From positions 172,721-236,720 of the forward strand of contig JBCBZT010000005.1 of the NCBI GenBank assembly GCA_039815185.1: a DNA stretch of 64,000 nt. Reading direction: 5' to 3'. This document shows positions 9,243 through 18,832 of the stretch, piece after piece. The translations under genes were made by a program, and so were the position numbers. Numbering within the stretch: position 1 is the first letter of the stretch; every line of letters begins with the position of its first letter. The notes under the pieces were generated by a model. It made no database searches. It was given only the letters and a program-made list of their open reading frames with translations, and had not been told where the DNA came from. The DNA comes from Cyanobacteria bacterium P01_A01_bin.123. GTDB taxonomy: Bacteria > Cyanobacteriota > Cyanobacteriia > Phormidesmidales > Phormidesmidaceae.

Positions 9243-9932
9243 CTAGTCAACCTGCACTACAACGCGATCGCCGTGCACTGTCGCAGACCCAACATAGTCA
9301 CCATTAAGGGAAACAAAGAGGTTGGCGTCCTTCCCAGCCTTCGTCCGCCAAATCCGTCCCAGGTCAGTCACCAGCTTTTCTTGTTGAGCCGAGTTCAAAT
9401 TAGGCCATTGAGTCGTCAAGGGCACCACAACGCCTTCGTCGGTCATTTGGATGCTACCGATTTCGACCAGCAGATCCGAACCCTCGGACTCATTTAATGT
9501 GGCCATAAAGCCTGACACAGGATTGGACGTGGCTGGGGCTGAAGCAACTTCGCCGCCTGCTGCTGCTAAGCGCTGATTTGCTGCGGTTAGGTTCTCTTGA
9601 TATTCATTAATCTTGGCGGGGGCATCTAGGTGATTGGAGTTATCCAGTGTTTCGATCGCGATTTTCCACTTCACCACAACCTCTTGCCATTCGTCGGCAG
9701 TTTGCGCAGTTTGAGCCAGTTCAGCCGCTTCTAGTCCTGACTCCAATGCATCCTCATAAAGAGCTTCGCTGCCAGACCTTGCTACTGGGGTACTAGCAGT
9801 TTCAGGTGGGGGTTCAGCCTGCCTAGTCTCTGGATTAAAAATGCCGCTACGCACAGAGGAGAAAACGCCTACGCCAGCAATAACGGCTATGACGCCAACG
9901 AGCAAGGGCCAGTTCAACTTTGGCTTTGACAT
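9243..9932 (-). CDS. Membrane-anchored hypothetical protein
   Basis: N-terminal TM; AAELAQTAQTADEWQ...AKINEYQENL helical motif common in cyanobacteria. Confidence 0.75.
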   Translation of the reverse strand: MSKPKLNWPLLVGVIAVIAGVGVFSSVRSGIFNPETRQAEPPPETASTPVARSGSEALYEDALESGLEAAELAQTAQTADEWQEVVVKWKIAIETLDNSNHLDAPAKINEYQENLTAANQRLAAAGGEVASAPATSNPVSGFMATLNESEGSDLLVEIGSIQMTDEGVVVPLTTQWPNLNSAQQEKLVTDLGRIWRTKAGKDANLFVSLNGDYVGSATVHGDRVVVQVD

Positions 9933-10025
9933 GGCTTTAGTGAGGTGAATGATTAACCCCAGGTTTCCCCGGTTAATCGCCTATTCGCCACCTCTACGCA
10001 TATTCACCAAAGCTTTGCAAAGGCT

Positions 10026-10607
10026 TCATGAGCGATCGCCAGCCTCACCGCCCTCATCTGGCGGTTGCCAAGGCTCAAGCCCTGCTTGCCGCAGTTGATC
10101 TTCTAGTCGCGCAATATGCTCCCGAGCAACATCAGGCTCTGCGTAGGCATCTGAAAGGGCCGACAGCTCTACTTCAAACTGACTCATGCGCTGGGACAGA
10201 CTTTGGTTATACTCGGCTGCACTGCGAGCGACGCCAAAGGCGTCGTCGAAACGGCGCTCTAGGGACTCGATTGTCATCGCCATAACCAAGGCGATGGCGG
10301 GCCTATTGCCCTGGCTGCACTGGGACACCCAATAAGCAGCAACAACCTCCAGAGGGAGTGCATTGATACGCGTCTGCCCTCTTGATTGATCAGACGGTTC
10401 AACCTCAATACTGTCGGGCGTATAACCTTTGCCCAGTAAGCTTTTTATGCCTTTTGAGCTTAAAAAGCGTCGGGCGTTAATTTCGGGCTTGCCCACTGCC
10501 TCAGCAGCCTGCGTCTGACTCATCCGATAACTGCCATCGGGCATCTGAAAGCCTTCAATCTCAAGGCTCCCAATCGGCACTGTCTCTCGCTTTGCTTTAT
10601 CGGTCAT
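10026..10607 (-). CDS. Cyanobacterial mobile-element DNA-binding (antirepressor-like) protein
   Basis: IEGFQMPDGSYRMSQTQAAEAVG...ESLERRFDDAFG. Confidence 0.7.
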   Translation of the reverse strand: MTDKAKRETVPIGSLEIEGFQMPDGSYRMSQTQAAEAVGKPEINARRFLSSKGIKSLLGKGYTPDSIEVEPSDQSRGQTRINALPLEVVAAYWVSQCSQGNRPAIALVMAMTIESLERRFDDAFGVARSAAEYNQSLSQRMSQFEVELSALSDAYAEPDVAREHIARLEDQLRQAGLEPWQPPDEGGEAGDRS

Positions 10608-10630
10608 ATATTAGCGGGGGTTTCTTTTGG

Positions 10631-11221
10631 CTAGGCGAGTTGGGCGTCGTCGGTGCCCTCATCAACAGGATCTTCGATCGCAAAAAGCTCAGAGATATCG
10701 CACTCTAACACCCCACAAAGCCTTGCAATCTTGACCCACGTCTCAATGCCGCCGCGATCGCGCTCCCAATTCCGGATGGTCGAAGGGTCAACCCCAACCA
10801 GATCCGCAAGCTGCCGTTGCGTAAGGTTTTTGGCTGTTCTCAGCTCAGCAACTTTAGACACGTGTTCACCAGAACCACCAAGAACGTCAAGCCCAGACGC
10901 AGCATTTTCAGGCTTACCCAGAATGTTCAGCGGGGGATCGAACCATTCGATTAAGGCTGTCTCTACCGAAGTCAGTAGATCTGCATCAACAAATAGATAG
11001 GCGATCCTGACACCTGGCATATCGGAAAGCTGTTCATAGCAATGATGCTGAGACCACCTTTGCCTAGGGTCAACGCTTCGCCCTATGTACTGAACAGTTT
11101 CCTCAGGGTCGATCGCAAAGTAGATCGCAGGTTGCCTGGGAAATGCGGATCGGGCTTCGAGGGGTAGCCAGGGGAGGCTTGCGAGGTTGATGGCAGAGGG
11201 GTTAATCATCAGCCTCGCCAT
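10631..11221 (-). CDS. GIY-YIG nuclease domain fused to XRE HTH
   Basis: PAIYFAI...QYIGRSVDPRQRW..H...ETALIEWFDPPLN followed by LTQRQLADLVGVDPSTIRNWE. Confidence 0.85.
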   Translation of the reverse strand: MARLMINPSAINLASLPWLPLEARSAFPRQPAIYFAIDPEETVQYIGRSVDPRQRWSQHHCYEQLSDMPGVRIAYLFVDADLLTSVETALIEWFDPPLNILGKPENAASGLDVLGGSGEHVSKVAELRTAKNLTQRQLADLVGVDPSTIRNWERDRGGIETWVKIARLCGVLECDISELFAIEDPVDEGTDDAQLA

Positions 11222-11477
11222 CCTTGAACTTCACGCCAAAGTCAATCCCCAAAACCTGCTCAATCTTGCGCAAATTTTCCAACGATAAAGCGCCCTTCAA
11301 GGTTTCATTCTCCAAGTCGTACCAGTAGGTACGACTAACTCCCACCTCGCCACACAGCCACTCAAGCGACTTGCCAGATGTTTTGCGAGCCTTCGATATG
11401 CGCTCGCCGAGTCCTTCAACCTCAACCTCTCTAATCTGCCGAACTCTCACTAGTTCTTTGGTCGCTAGCATTTCCAC
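11202..11477 (-). CDS. XRE-family HTH regulator
   Basis: LGERISKARKTSGKSLEWLCGEVGVSRTYWYDLE. Confidence 0.85.
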   Translation of the reverse strand: MEMLATKELVRVRQIREVEVEGLGERISKARKTSGKSLEWLCGEVGVSRTYWYDLENETLKGALSLENLRKIEQVLGIDFGVKFKDGEADD

Positions 11478-11520
11478 CTCCAGTAAACAGTTAGCTGATA
11501 GTTACTACAATAAGCCGTTA

Positions 11521-11557
11521 ACTAGTAGTTGACAACTGTTAACTACTAGTGTACTTT
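11521..11557 (+). promoter_or_regulatory. Sigma70-type promoter overlapped by inverted-repeat operator
   Basis: TTGACA 11529-34, 17-bp spacer, TACTTT 11552-57; ACTAGTAGTT...AACTACTAGT inverted repeat. Confidence 0.65.
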
Positions 11558-11733
11558 AGAAATATAGCAAACAACCCCAACAACCAAACGGGAAGCGCCG
11601 CGCCCTAAAGACGGCCTCCGGTATACCTCAGCCAGGGAATGGGGCCGCTTTTGTTTCAAATCAGGGAGGGTACCAACTTCCTGATTTACTTTTCAGTTCG
11701 AGGTAGCTATACTGCCAATTCAAAGGAAACGAC

Positions 11734-11886
11734 ATGCCTGAAGACAAGGACAAAGATAAAAAACGCTCTAACGTGCCTGAGCCGGGGAAAGAGCCAAAGC
11801 CAACGCACGTCAATGATTGGACGCCCGAAGAATACCTAGAGGACTTGGAGGAAGATCAGGATGACCGCCGCAACAACAATCGATAG
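11734..11886 (+). CDS. Small charged hypothetical protein (50 aa, not in ORF track)
   Basis: AAGGA RBS then MPEDKDKDKKRSNVPEPGKEPKPTHVNDWTPEEYLEDLEEDQDDRRNNNR*; overlaps next ORF. Confidence 0.45.
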   Translation: MPEDKDKDKKRSNVPEPGKEPKPTHVNDWTPEEYLEDLEEDQDDRRNNNR

Positions 11887-12190
11887 GCCGATAGACCTGA
11901 TCGAGCAAGCGCGATCGCTTTCCATAGATGACGTTTGGGCGGCACTGCCTGAAAGGGTTAGAGCCAACGACGCCATCATGAATCGCATCCAGTCCGCTGA
12001 CCCAAAGCTGGCAGCGGTCAGTTTTAGCGATTATCTCTGGGAGGATGATCCCAACGATACAGGCCGCAGACGCCGCAGCTTGCCGCCCGAGAAGCTCATT
12101 CCCTTAGCGCTTTGCCTTTACCTACATCAGGGCGGCAAAGACCCAGAGGATGAGTTGAGATTTTGGAAAAAGCTGGAGCAAATCGCCTAA
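11861..12190 (+). CDS. Hypothetical protein
   Basis: 109-aa ORF with GGAGG RBS, followed by a hairpin at 12215-12244. Confidence 0.65.
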   Translation: MTAATTIDRPIDLIEQARSLSIDDVWAALPERVRANDAIMNRIQSADPKLAAVSFSDYLWEDDPNDTGRRRRSLPPEKLIPLALCLYLHQGGKDPEDELRFWKKLEQIA

Positions 12191-12505
12191 CCAGCTCACA
12201 ACCAAATAGCACTGAAGCCCCTGATCGCTTACGGTTGGGGGCTTCGTCGTCTGGCACAGCGTAAATGTAACAGCCTGTAAAGGTGCAAAGTCCAACAATC
12301 CTACTTTAGTAGGAATGACCCTACTAAAGTAGGATCGCTTTTCAGTTATAGGACAGCATATTGTGATCGGGTTAGGTCTCCCCACACCATTTCATCTTCA
12401 TTTGCATGACCTAAAAATGATGAGTTACGCCAGCATGCACGTGCCCCATACTCTGCATTGCGGGTGATCTCTAGTCGTAAAAAACAAATTGCGAGGCAAA
12501 ATCCC

Positions 12506-15136
12506 ATGGTCTACCAACGGAAGAAGCGCATCCACGAGCAGCAGGAGCAGCTGCCGGTAAACACGCCGCAAAACAATCTCTTCGCCTCGCCAGATCTGGA
12601 GACTGATGAGACCGACAATTCTTTTTCAGTGGATAGTTCTCAGCCCGCTCCCACTCTTGAAATGCGCTGGCAGCAAGCCGACAAGCCATTCTACACGTTT
12701 GACAATCTTGTTGGCAGTAGGCCGGTCTATCCACCCAGTAGCGCTGTCCAGCGACGACCCATGTCGCCGTTGATGCAGGCCAAGATGTCCGTGGGGCCAG
12801 TGGGGGATAAATATGAGCAAGAGGCAGATCATGTGGCAAACAAGGTGGTAGAAATCATCAATCGTCCTGAAGACAATGCCCCCGTGCAAAGGGCTGTAGG
12901 TGAAGGCGAAGAAAATATGATGCAAATGCCGTCCCACATGAACATCCAGCGGAAGGAGATGGGCGAAGAAGAGGATTTGCAAATGAAGCCTCAAAATACT
13001 ACCCAAAAGATTTCGATTGGAGTGGTGTCGCAACTCCAGAAGATGCCGCAAGTAAGTTGGGAAGGAAAAGAAGCGGGCACAGTCGACGAAGGTCTGGAGG
13101 ATACAATACACAGAGCCAAAAGCGGAGGCCAAGCACTCACCCCAGACCTTCAACAAAGTATGGGACAAGCCATGGGGGCTGATTTTAGTGATGTAAAGAT
13201 TCATACCGATGCAGAATCAAATGAGCTAAACAAAACCATTCAGGCAAAGGCTTTTACAACAGGACAAGATCTGTTTTTTAAGCAAGGAGCTTACAACCCT
13301 CATACAAAAACTGGTCAAACATTGATTGCCCATGAACTCACCCACGTAGTACAGCAGACTGGAGGTTCAAAGGTAGGAAAAGCTGAAGAAGGAATTCAGC
13401 GAGGCAAGGATATGCCAAATGTAAAACTTGGAAATAATTTTTTCGAGCCGCCGCAAGTTTTCTCATGGTTGATGCATAAGAATAGGCCACGGCCTTTAAC
13501 GTCAACCCAGGCTCGTCTGTTTATGAATTGGTTCTCAAAACAGGATCACTCACAAACCTATAACATAGGTGACGTATATCAAATGGCCCTCAATAAGGGA
13601 TTTGCACCTTATAGTGGCAAGACTGTTGGGAAAAATACGGGTAAAAAGGATATCAACAAGTTAAAAGAAAATAGCCAATTGGGAGATACGAAGACACATA
13701 AAGGATCCAAGAAAAGCACTCTAAAACAAAAAGGGAACGCGGATCCAATACCAAAAGAATGGCAACCGAATGATGACGAAAAGTTGGGCAACGGGGCAAT
13801 CTACGTAAAGGGAGTTCATGAGATTCAGGAAGTTAAGGCAAAATTGGCTAACTTCGGCATAACTCTTAAAGAAGTCCCAGCCCTTGACGAGATTTTACAG
13901 GGCATGACCAGGATGAAATTTCAGAGTTGGGGGGAAGTAGTTGAGGAGGTAAAACGGCGGGGAATCCAGCGCATTATGCGTGCATTCTATAATCTGGCAC
14001 AAAAAAAAGCCCCTCCCTTTAAGTGGCAAGGTTTTGGTCTTGGTAAAAAGCCAATCAGGGAGTGGGTGAACAACAATCAAAAATCGGAACTAGAGGCGCT
14101 GAATTGCTGGCAGACAGTATGCTATGCAGTAGTAAAAGCGGGCATGAGACCGCTGAAATACCTAAAAATAGGAAATGATCAGCGCAAACACTTGCCCTTC
14201 GAAGAATCTGAAGATACTAAGAAGGGGCAGGCACCAAGCGATGAGTATGTCGAATATATAAGGGATCTTGAAAGGCAACGCGCACCGATGATAGTCAGGG
14301 CGGTATTAAAAAACGACAAGACCAGAGGAATAGTGTGGCCACGATCAACATGGAATAAAGCACCAGAGCATCTTGTGCCAGTCTTCAAAAATTTAGCAAA
14401 CTTCGACATACCAGCAGGATACGTAGTGCTATTCGGAGAGGGTGGCAAGCATGTAGCAATGAGTACGGGCCGCCGCCGCCCTATAACTAAGATCAAGGAA
14501 TGGAAGAAACGTGGAATGCGATCTAAATATGGGCATGAGATATGGGAATGTGACGAACCTGTACCAAAGAACTTTGGCGACAAGGTAGACAATACAAAAA
14601 GTGATGTCCGGCTAACAACTATTGAGGATCAGTTAGTGGCTACCTATGGAGCACTAGTGGATTCTGTAAAATGGGGACCCTTACCCAGCTTTGAAAAATT
14701 GCAAGCCGAGAAAAAGAAGGCAAATAACGAGGATAGTACGCAGAAATTGAAGGGTAACGTGGACGGATGGGACGAGAATCCCCAGTGGAAGAAAAAGCTG
14801 CTTTCACAAAAAAAGTTGTGGGCAGATTCAGCGCAAGATGCATTCAAGTTCTGGGGCAACCCAGAAAAACAGCCTAAAAAATCAAGGAAAAAGCCGAAGA
14901 AAAAGCAGTGGAATAGGAAGAGTGCGATGTCAATCAGTACCGATACAGATTGGCTGACCGGCAAGAAAAATAAAGTGTCCGATAATCCCCAGCACAACGA
15001 TAAGTGGCCAGATGATTTTATAGATGTTAAAGAGGAATTTATAGGTGTTAAAGAGGAATTAAATAATGATGATCAGCATGATGATTGGGGAGATGATTCT
15101 GTAGCTATTAAGGGGGATACAGAATGGAAGGAATAA
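12506..15136 (+). CDS. DUF4157 (eCIS-core) protein with long Lys-rich C-terminal putative effector region
   Basis: MQAKMSVGPVGDKYEQEAD, GADFSDVKIHTD, IQAKAFTTGQDLFF, LIAHELTHVVQQ; start at ATG 12506 supported by the paralogous relic at 51294. Confidence 0.9.
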   Translation: MVYQRKKRIHEQQEQLPVNTPQNNLFASPDLETDETDNSFSVDSSQPAPTLEMRWQQADKPFYTFDNLVGSRPVYPPSSAVQRRPMSPLMQAKMSVGPVGDKYEQEADHVANKVVEIINRPEDNAPVQRAVGEGEENMMQMPSHMNIQRKEMGEEEDLQMKPQNTTQKISIGVVSQLQKMPQVSWEGKEAGTVDEGLEDTIHRAKSGGQALTPDLQQSMGQAMGADFSDVKIHTDAESNELNKTIQAKAFTTGQDLFFKQGAYNPHTKTGQTLIAHELTHVVQQTGGSKVGKAEEGIQRGKDMPNVKLGNNFFEPPQVFSWLMHKNRPRPLTSTQARLFMNWFSKQDHSQTYNIGDVYQMALNKGFAPYSGKTVGKNTGKKDINKLKENSQLGDTKTHKGSKKSTLKQKGNADPIPKEWQPNDDEKLGNGAIYVKGVHEIQEVKAKLANFGITLKEVPALDEILQGMTRMKFQSWGEVVEEVKRRGIQRIMRAFYNLAQKKAPPFKWQGFGLGKKPIREWVNNNQKSELEALNCWQTVCYAVVKAGMRPLKYLKIGNDQRKHLPFEESEDTKKGQAPSDEYVEYIRDLERQRAPMIVRAVLKNDKTRGIVWPRSTWNKAPEHLVPVFKNLANFDIPAGYVVLFGEGGKHVAMSTGRRRPITKIKEWKKRGMRSKYGHEIWECDEPVPKNFGDKVDNTKSDVRLTTIEDQLVATYGALVDSVKWGPLPSFEKLQAEKKKANNEDSTQKLKGNVDGWDENPQWKKKLLSQKKLWADSAQDAFKFWGNPEKQPKKSRKKPKKKQWNRKSAMSISTDTDWLTGKKNKVSDNPQHNDKWPDDFIDVKEEFIGVKEELNNDDQHDDWGDDSVAIKGDTEWKE

Positions 15137-15246
15137 TTTTAGAGATTTTAAGTACGATCGCGACCGATCTTGTAAGGTGCGTTGCATAGTAAACACACAG
15201 AGCTATGGGTACGCTAATTAACCTGAGTTTGGGATAAGTAAAGAAA

Positions 15247-15420
15247 GGGAGCATCCCGAATGTGAAAAAACATCAGATTTCCAGGGAGCCATTGAGATAA
15301 GTACAGCAAAAGGAAAGCATGGCATTGACATTTTTCCACTGAGACCCCGAGATTTTCAACCGACGGTTAATCTGTTTGACAGCAGATACTACTGCCCCAG
15401 ATCAAATGGTGGCCAACTAC
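15247..15420 (-). mobile_element. ISKra4-like transposase 3' remnant with terminal repeat
   Basis: Minus-strand TI*SGAVVSAVKQINRRLKISGSQWKNVNAMLSFCCTYLNGSLEI* matches the GSGAVESAVKQI..RLKISGAQW...AYLNG C-terminus; GGGAGCATCCC end at 15247. Confidence 0.75.
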
Positions 15421-15614
15421 TCAATCCATCGCCATAGGTTGAGTTTCGCGCTTTATTGGTTCTGATAAGAAACTGGCATTTATACCAAAAAGCGAAACCC
15501 AACATCACTCAAAATTAGCCATTCAAAAGTTATCCAGGCCCCCCTAGCCCCTCAATCCTGGGTAGGGCTAATTCATTGTCATTGGAGAAAGGAGCTTATA
15601 TAAAGTCCGGAAGC

Positions 15615-15947
15615 TTACCTGTCATCAGATGTGGAGACGGAAGGCCACCAGTGAAACTGAGTCAGGCCCCGAATTAGGTCAGGGAGCTTCAGCAGTTGCA
15701 GGTAGCAATGACTAGGGCAGTTCAGATAAGCGATTCGACAACTACCTAATCCTGATAGTTGCTCATATCTATGGTGATACTCTCGATTCCATCGGCGCTT
15801 GGGATTCACCGACTGCCCGATGTACTGCACTGTACCTTGACTGTCGATTGCGAAGTAGATGCAGGGTTCCTCGGGAAGGTCTTGTCGATCCTTCAGCGCT
15901 ACCGAAGGGAGAGTGCTGGGGTTGATTTTGGAGGGGTCAAGCGTCAT
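15615..15947 (-). pseudogene. GIY-YIG protein, 3'-truncated or replaced
   Basis: PCIYFAIDSQGTVQYIGQSVNPKRRW aligns to 10631-11221, similarity lost after IAYL; conserved E...PPLN missing. Confidence 0.65.
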
Positions 15948-16173
15948 CTTTAGCCCTTCCTTCTATATCGACGAATTTCACCAAATCATTAGGCGAACAC
16001 TTCAAAGCCTCGCAGAGCTTGGCGACTCTTACAAACCACTCCACTCCACTTCTGTTGTTCTCCCAATTCCGGACAGTTGTTTCAGTGACACCCACCAAAT
16101 CAGCCAATTCGCGCTGAGTGAGATCGCACTGCTTTCGCAGCTCCGCTACATGTGACATTGGTACGCCTTCCAT
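15937..16173 (-). CDS. XRE-family HTH repressor
   Basis: LTQRELADLVGVTETTVRNWE; close paralog of the HTH half of 10631-11221. Confidence 0.9.
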   Translation of the reverse strand: MEGVPMSHVAELRKQCDLTQRELADLVGVTETTVRNWENNRSGVEWFVRVAKLCEALKCSPNDLVKFVDIEGRAKDDA

Positions 16174-16197
16174 AAGACTGCTTATAGCAGTATGTTA

Positions 16198-16251
16198 GCG
16201 TAAAGTTCTTTGCGTCAAACTATTGACACCGCAAAGAACTTTACGCATAAT
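16198..16251 (+). promoter_or_regulatory. Promoter flanked by perfect 17-bp inverted-repeat operators
   Basis: GCGTAAAGTTCTTTGCG (16198-16214) / CGCAAAGAACTTTACGC (16230-16246); TTGACA 16223-28, 17 bp, CATAAT 16246-51. Confidence 0.75.
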
Positions 16252-16559
16252 GGACTCAAGCGAGGGGTCAGGCAGTCAGCACCCGGTACGCAGCCACCCA
16301 CCAGGGGTTAGGCGATCGGTCACACAGTACGGCCAAGCACCCCTCGCCAACCCAATAGCCCGGTGACCGGGGCACCCAATCTCGCTATCGCTATCGAACG
16401 GCACCCAGAGGCAACATAGGTGTGCACCCTCCTCTTTTCATCGCCCGGTAAGGCGTAAAACTGCCCAGGGTGCATCAATATGCAAAGCAAAACCCCCGGC
16501 TGCGAGGCTTTCTCAGGGCATCGCGCAGCACGGGGGTAACTACCTATTAAGGAAGTAAT

Positions 16560-16841
16560 ATGACCACGACATTAACACAGACATCCCAAAAGCGCACAAT
16601 TTCTGAGCGCATTGATACCGACTTCTTGCCGCAATACATCTACGGCACCCATCCGCAAGCGATCGGAGCCAAATACACGCAGCGGGTCTATGTGGACATC
16701 CCGAATGTTAGCCACATTGTTGACCTGCTAATGCCGCGAGACGGCAAGCCGCTAGGACAGCGAATTTCAGAGTGGTGCGTTTACCACTTTGAAGTTGCAC
16801 ACAGTGACTGGTGGATTGCTGAGCCTGTAGACGAGTTCTAG
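16560..16841 (+). CDS. Hypothetical protein
   Basis: AAGGA RBS; followed by hairpin TAGGGGCG-GCAA-CGCCCCTA. Confidence 0.7.
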   Translation: MTTTLTQTSQKRTISERIDTDFLPQYIYGTHPQAIGAKYTQRVYVDIPNVSHIVDLLMPRDGKPLGQRISEWCVYHFEVAHSDWWIAEPVDEF

Positions 16842-16899
16842 AAACCAAGTACCACCTAGGGGCGGCAACGCCCCTATTGCCCTCTACCTAAAAACCAAC

Positions 16900-17181
16900 A
16901 TGCAAGTCTTATCACAAGCCCCAGCGCTTCCTGGGCCAGCCAAATACAGAATCTTTGAGCGCATTCGATTTAGTGACGGCACCAAATCCATAACAGGCAT
17001 CATCACGGGCCTCGAATACCTTTCGCCTACGGCTGCCAGCGTCGAAGCCTCTGACACTGATGGCTACATGTACGTTGTTCGCCGTGAGATAGGCGATGGC
17101 TTGCAAGCTTGGTGGGTACCTGAGGACGACATCATCTCAAACCACCACAAAAGGGATAGTCATGGGAGAAACAATAGTTAA
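16900..17181 (+). CDS. Hypothetical SH3-like phage protein
   Basis: KYRIFERIRF...GIITGLEY...YMYVV pattern. Confidence 0.6.
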   Translation: MQVLSQAPALPGPAKYRIFERIRFSDGTKSITGIITGLEYLSPTAASVEASDTDGYMYVVRREIGDGLQAWWVPEDDIISNHHKRDSHGRNNS

Positions 17182-17446
17182 TCAGATTCAGGCTGGGAGA
17201 CGATACGCTGCTGTCGCCTCCCAATTCGGGCTAGAGCCCAACGAGGGCAGCCTAAACGCATTGATTGCGGCTGCGACTGAGTTCAAGGCTGCAAATGAGG
17301 CTACAGGCAGCAAGGAAAAGAGCCAGCAAACACTAAGAAGTAGCGACGAAAGACAGACCTTACAGGCGATCGCAGACGAGTTTCAGCAACGCTGGGGCCA
17401 TGTTGTTGAGGAATTGCTAGTGGAGGCATCTGTATGCCAGGACTAG
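17162..17446 (+). CDS. Hypothetical protein
   Basis: Overlap-coupled ORF, start at ATG 17162. Confidence 0.55.
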   Translation: MGETIVNQIQAGRRYAAVASQFGLEPNEGSLNALIAAATEFKAANEATGSKEKSQQTLRSSDERQTLQAIADEFQQRWGHVVEELLVEASVCQD

Positions 17447-18516
17447 CGCGACTTACCTCCAACCAAATCCAACAGGTCAATGCCGCCGTTGACCACTACA
17501 ACACGCTGGTTTGGTTTATTCGACACACCTTAAGAGATGGACTTGATTATGGGACTATTCCAGGATGCGGGAATAAACCCATCCTATTCAAGCCAGGTGC
17601 CGAGAAAATTTGCACCCTGTTCGGCTATTGGCAGCAAATCGAAAGGCTAGAAGCTGTCAAGGACTGGACTGGCAACGAGCATGGAGAGCCGTTTTTCAGT
17701 TTTGAGTACCTCGTGACACTCAAAAGTCGCAGTGGAGACACGGTCGCTCAATGTGTCGGGAGCTGCAATAGCTGGGAAGAAAAATACCGATTCAGAACAA
17801 CTCAGCGCACCTGCCCAGAGTGCAATACATCCACCATAATGACCAGCAAGTATGGGGCTGGTGGCTTCTACTGCAACAAAAAAGCGGGAGGCTGTGGGGC
17901 AAAATTTGCCGCAGACGATCGGCGAATCACTGACCAAGCAATGGGCAAGGTGCGCAACGATCGGGTATTCGACCAGATCAATACCATTGACAAGATGGCT
18001 CAGAAACGCGGATTTGTTGGTGCCGTCATTGTTGCAGCCAACGCCTCTAACTTCTTCAGTGTTGAGCATTCAGAGATTGAATCTCTAGACCCTGATTGGG
18101 AGCCAGTCGAAAGCATCCAAAACGCCCAGCCCATGAGCAGGGCCGACGACATTGAAGTGACTCCCGACAGTCCTGACTTAGGGGCGATCAACCGCGATCG
18201 CATTCGGGAGATTACCTCAGTCACAGGCCATACCCGAGAGCAAATTCGAGCGCTATCCGGGGTTGAGTCGTCAGAGCGACTAAGTCAAGAAGAGTGCACA
18301 ACGCTGATTGAAAGACTGCTGCTTGATTACGCCAGCACTCGAAACGTTGGGCCTGCTCTGGCCGCAGACTTAATCGTCGCCATCAAGAAGCAACAGCCCA
18401 ACGTGACTGACGCTCATCTACGCGATCGATTCCTAGTCAGGCTGGATGAGATCAAGGCTGAGCTGCCTGCGACGAGACCAGTAGCGGAAACATACGCAGG
18501 GGTAAGCATCGAATAA
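17434..18516 (+). CDS. Phage recombination-type protein (putative single-strand annealing) with zinc ribbon
   Basis: DYGTIPGCGNKPILFKPGAEKI...GSCNSWEEKY, CPEC...C..GGC, NTIDKMAQKRGFVGAV; function inferred. Confidence 0.55.
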   Translation: MPGLARLTSNQIQQVNAAVDHYNTLVWFIRHTLRDGLDYGTIPGCGNKPILFKPGAEKICTLFGYWQQIERLEAVKDWTGNEHGEPFFSFEYLVTLKSRSGDTVAQCVGSCNSWEEKYRFRTTQRTCPECNTSTIMTSKYGAGGFYCNKKAGGCGAKFAADDRRITDQAMGKVRNDRVFDQINTIDKMAQKRGFVGAVIVAANASNFFSVEHSEIESLDPDWEPVESIQNAQPMSRADDIEVTPDSPDLGAINRDRIREITSVTGHTREQIRALSGVESSERLSQEECTTLIERLLLDYASTRNVGPALAADLIVAIKKQQPNVTDAHLRDRFLVRLDEIKAELPATRPVAETYAGVSIE

Positions 18517-18832
18517 AGAACGAGCGCGATCGCCAGCAGGCTGCCGCTGGCGATCGATGTGGAGCACCGCTTAACCTAAGCCAAATTGCCTATGTAGTGA
18601 GATGGAATTGCAGTAATACTCTTTACATGCCCAAGGATTTTATAAACCCTTGGCTAAATGGCTTGTGTTTTCACTCAAGCTTGACGTAATGGGTGACTCA
18701 GATCACCAAGTGAATCCTGCGGCGCAGGGACACTCAGGTACAGTCTCAAAAGCATCATAGATCCGCATCTCTGCAAACCATAGGAACCTTAATCTATCAA
18801 GATTCCTGCTCGTCACACTTCCGTTTCCGTCT

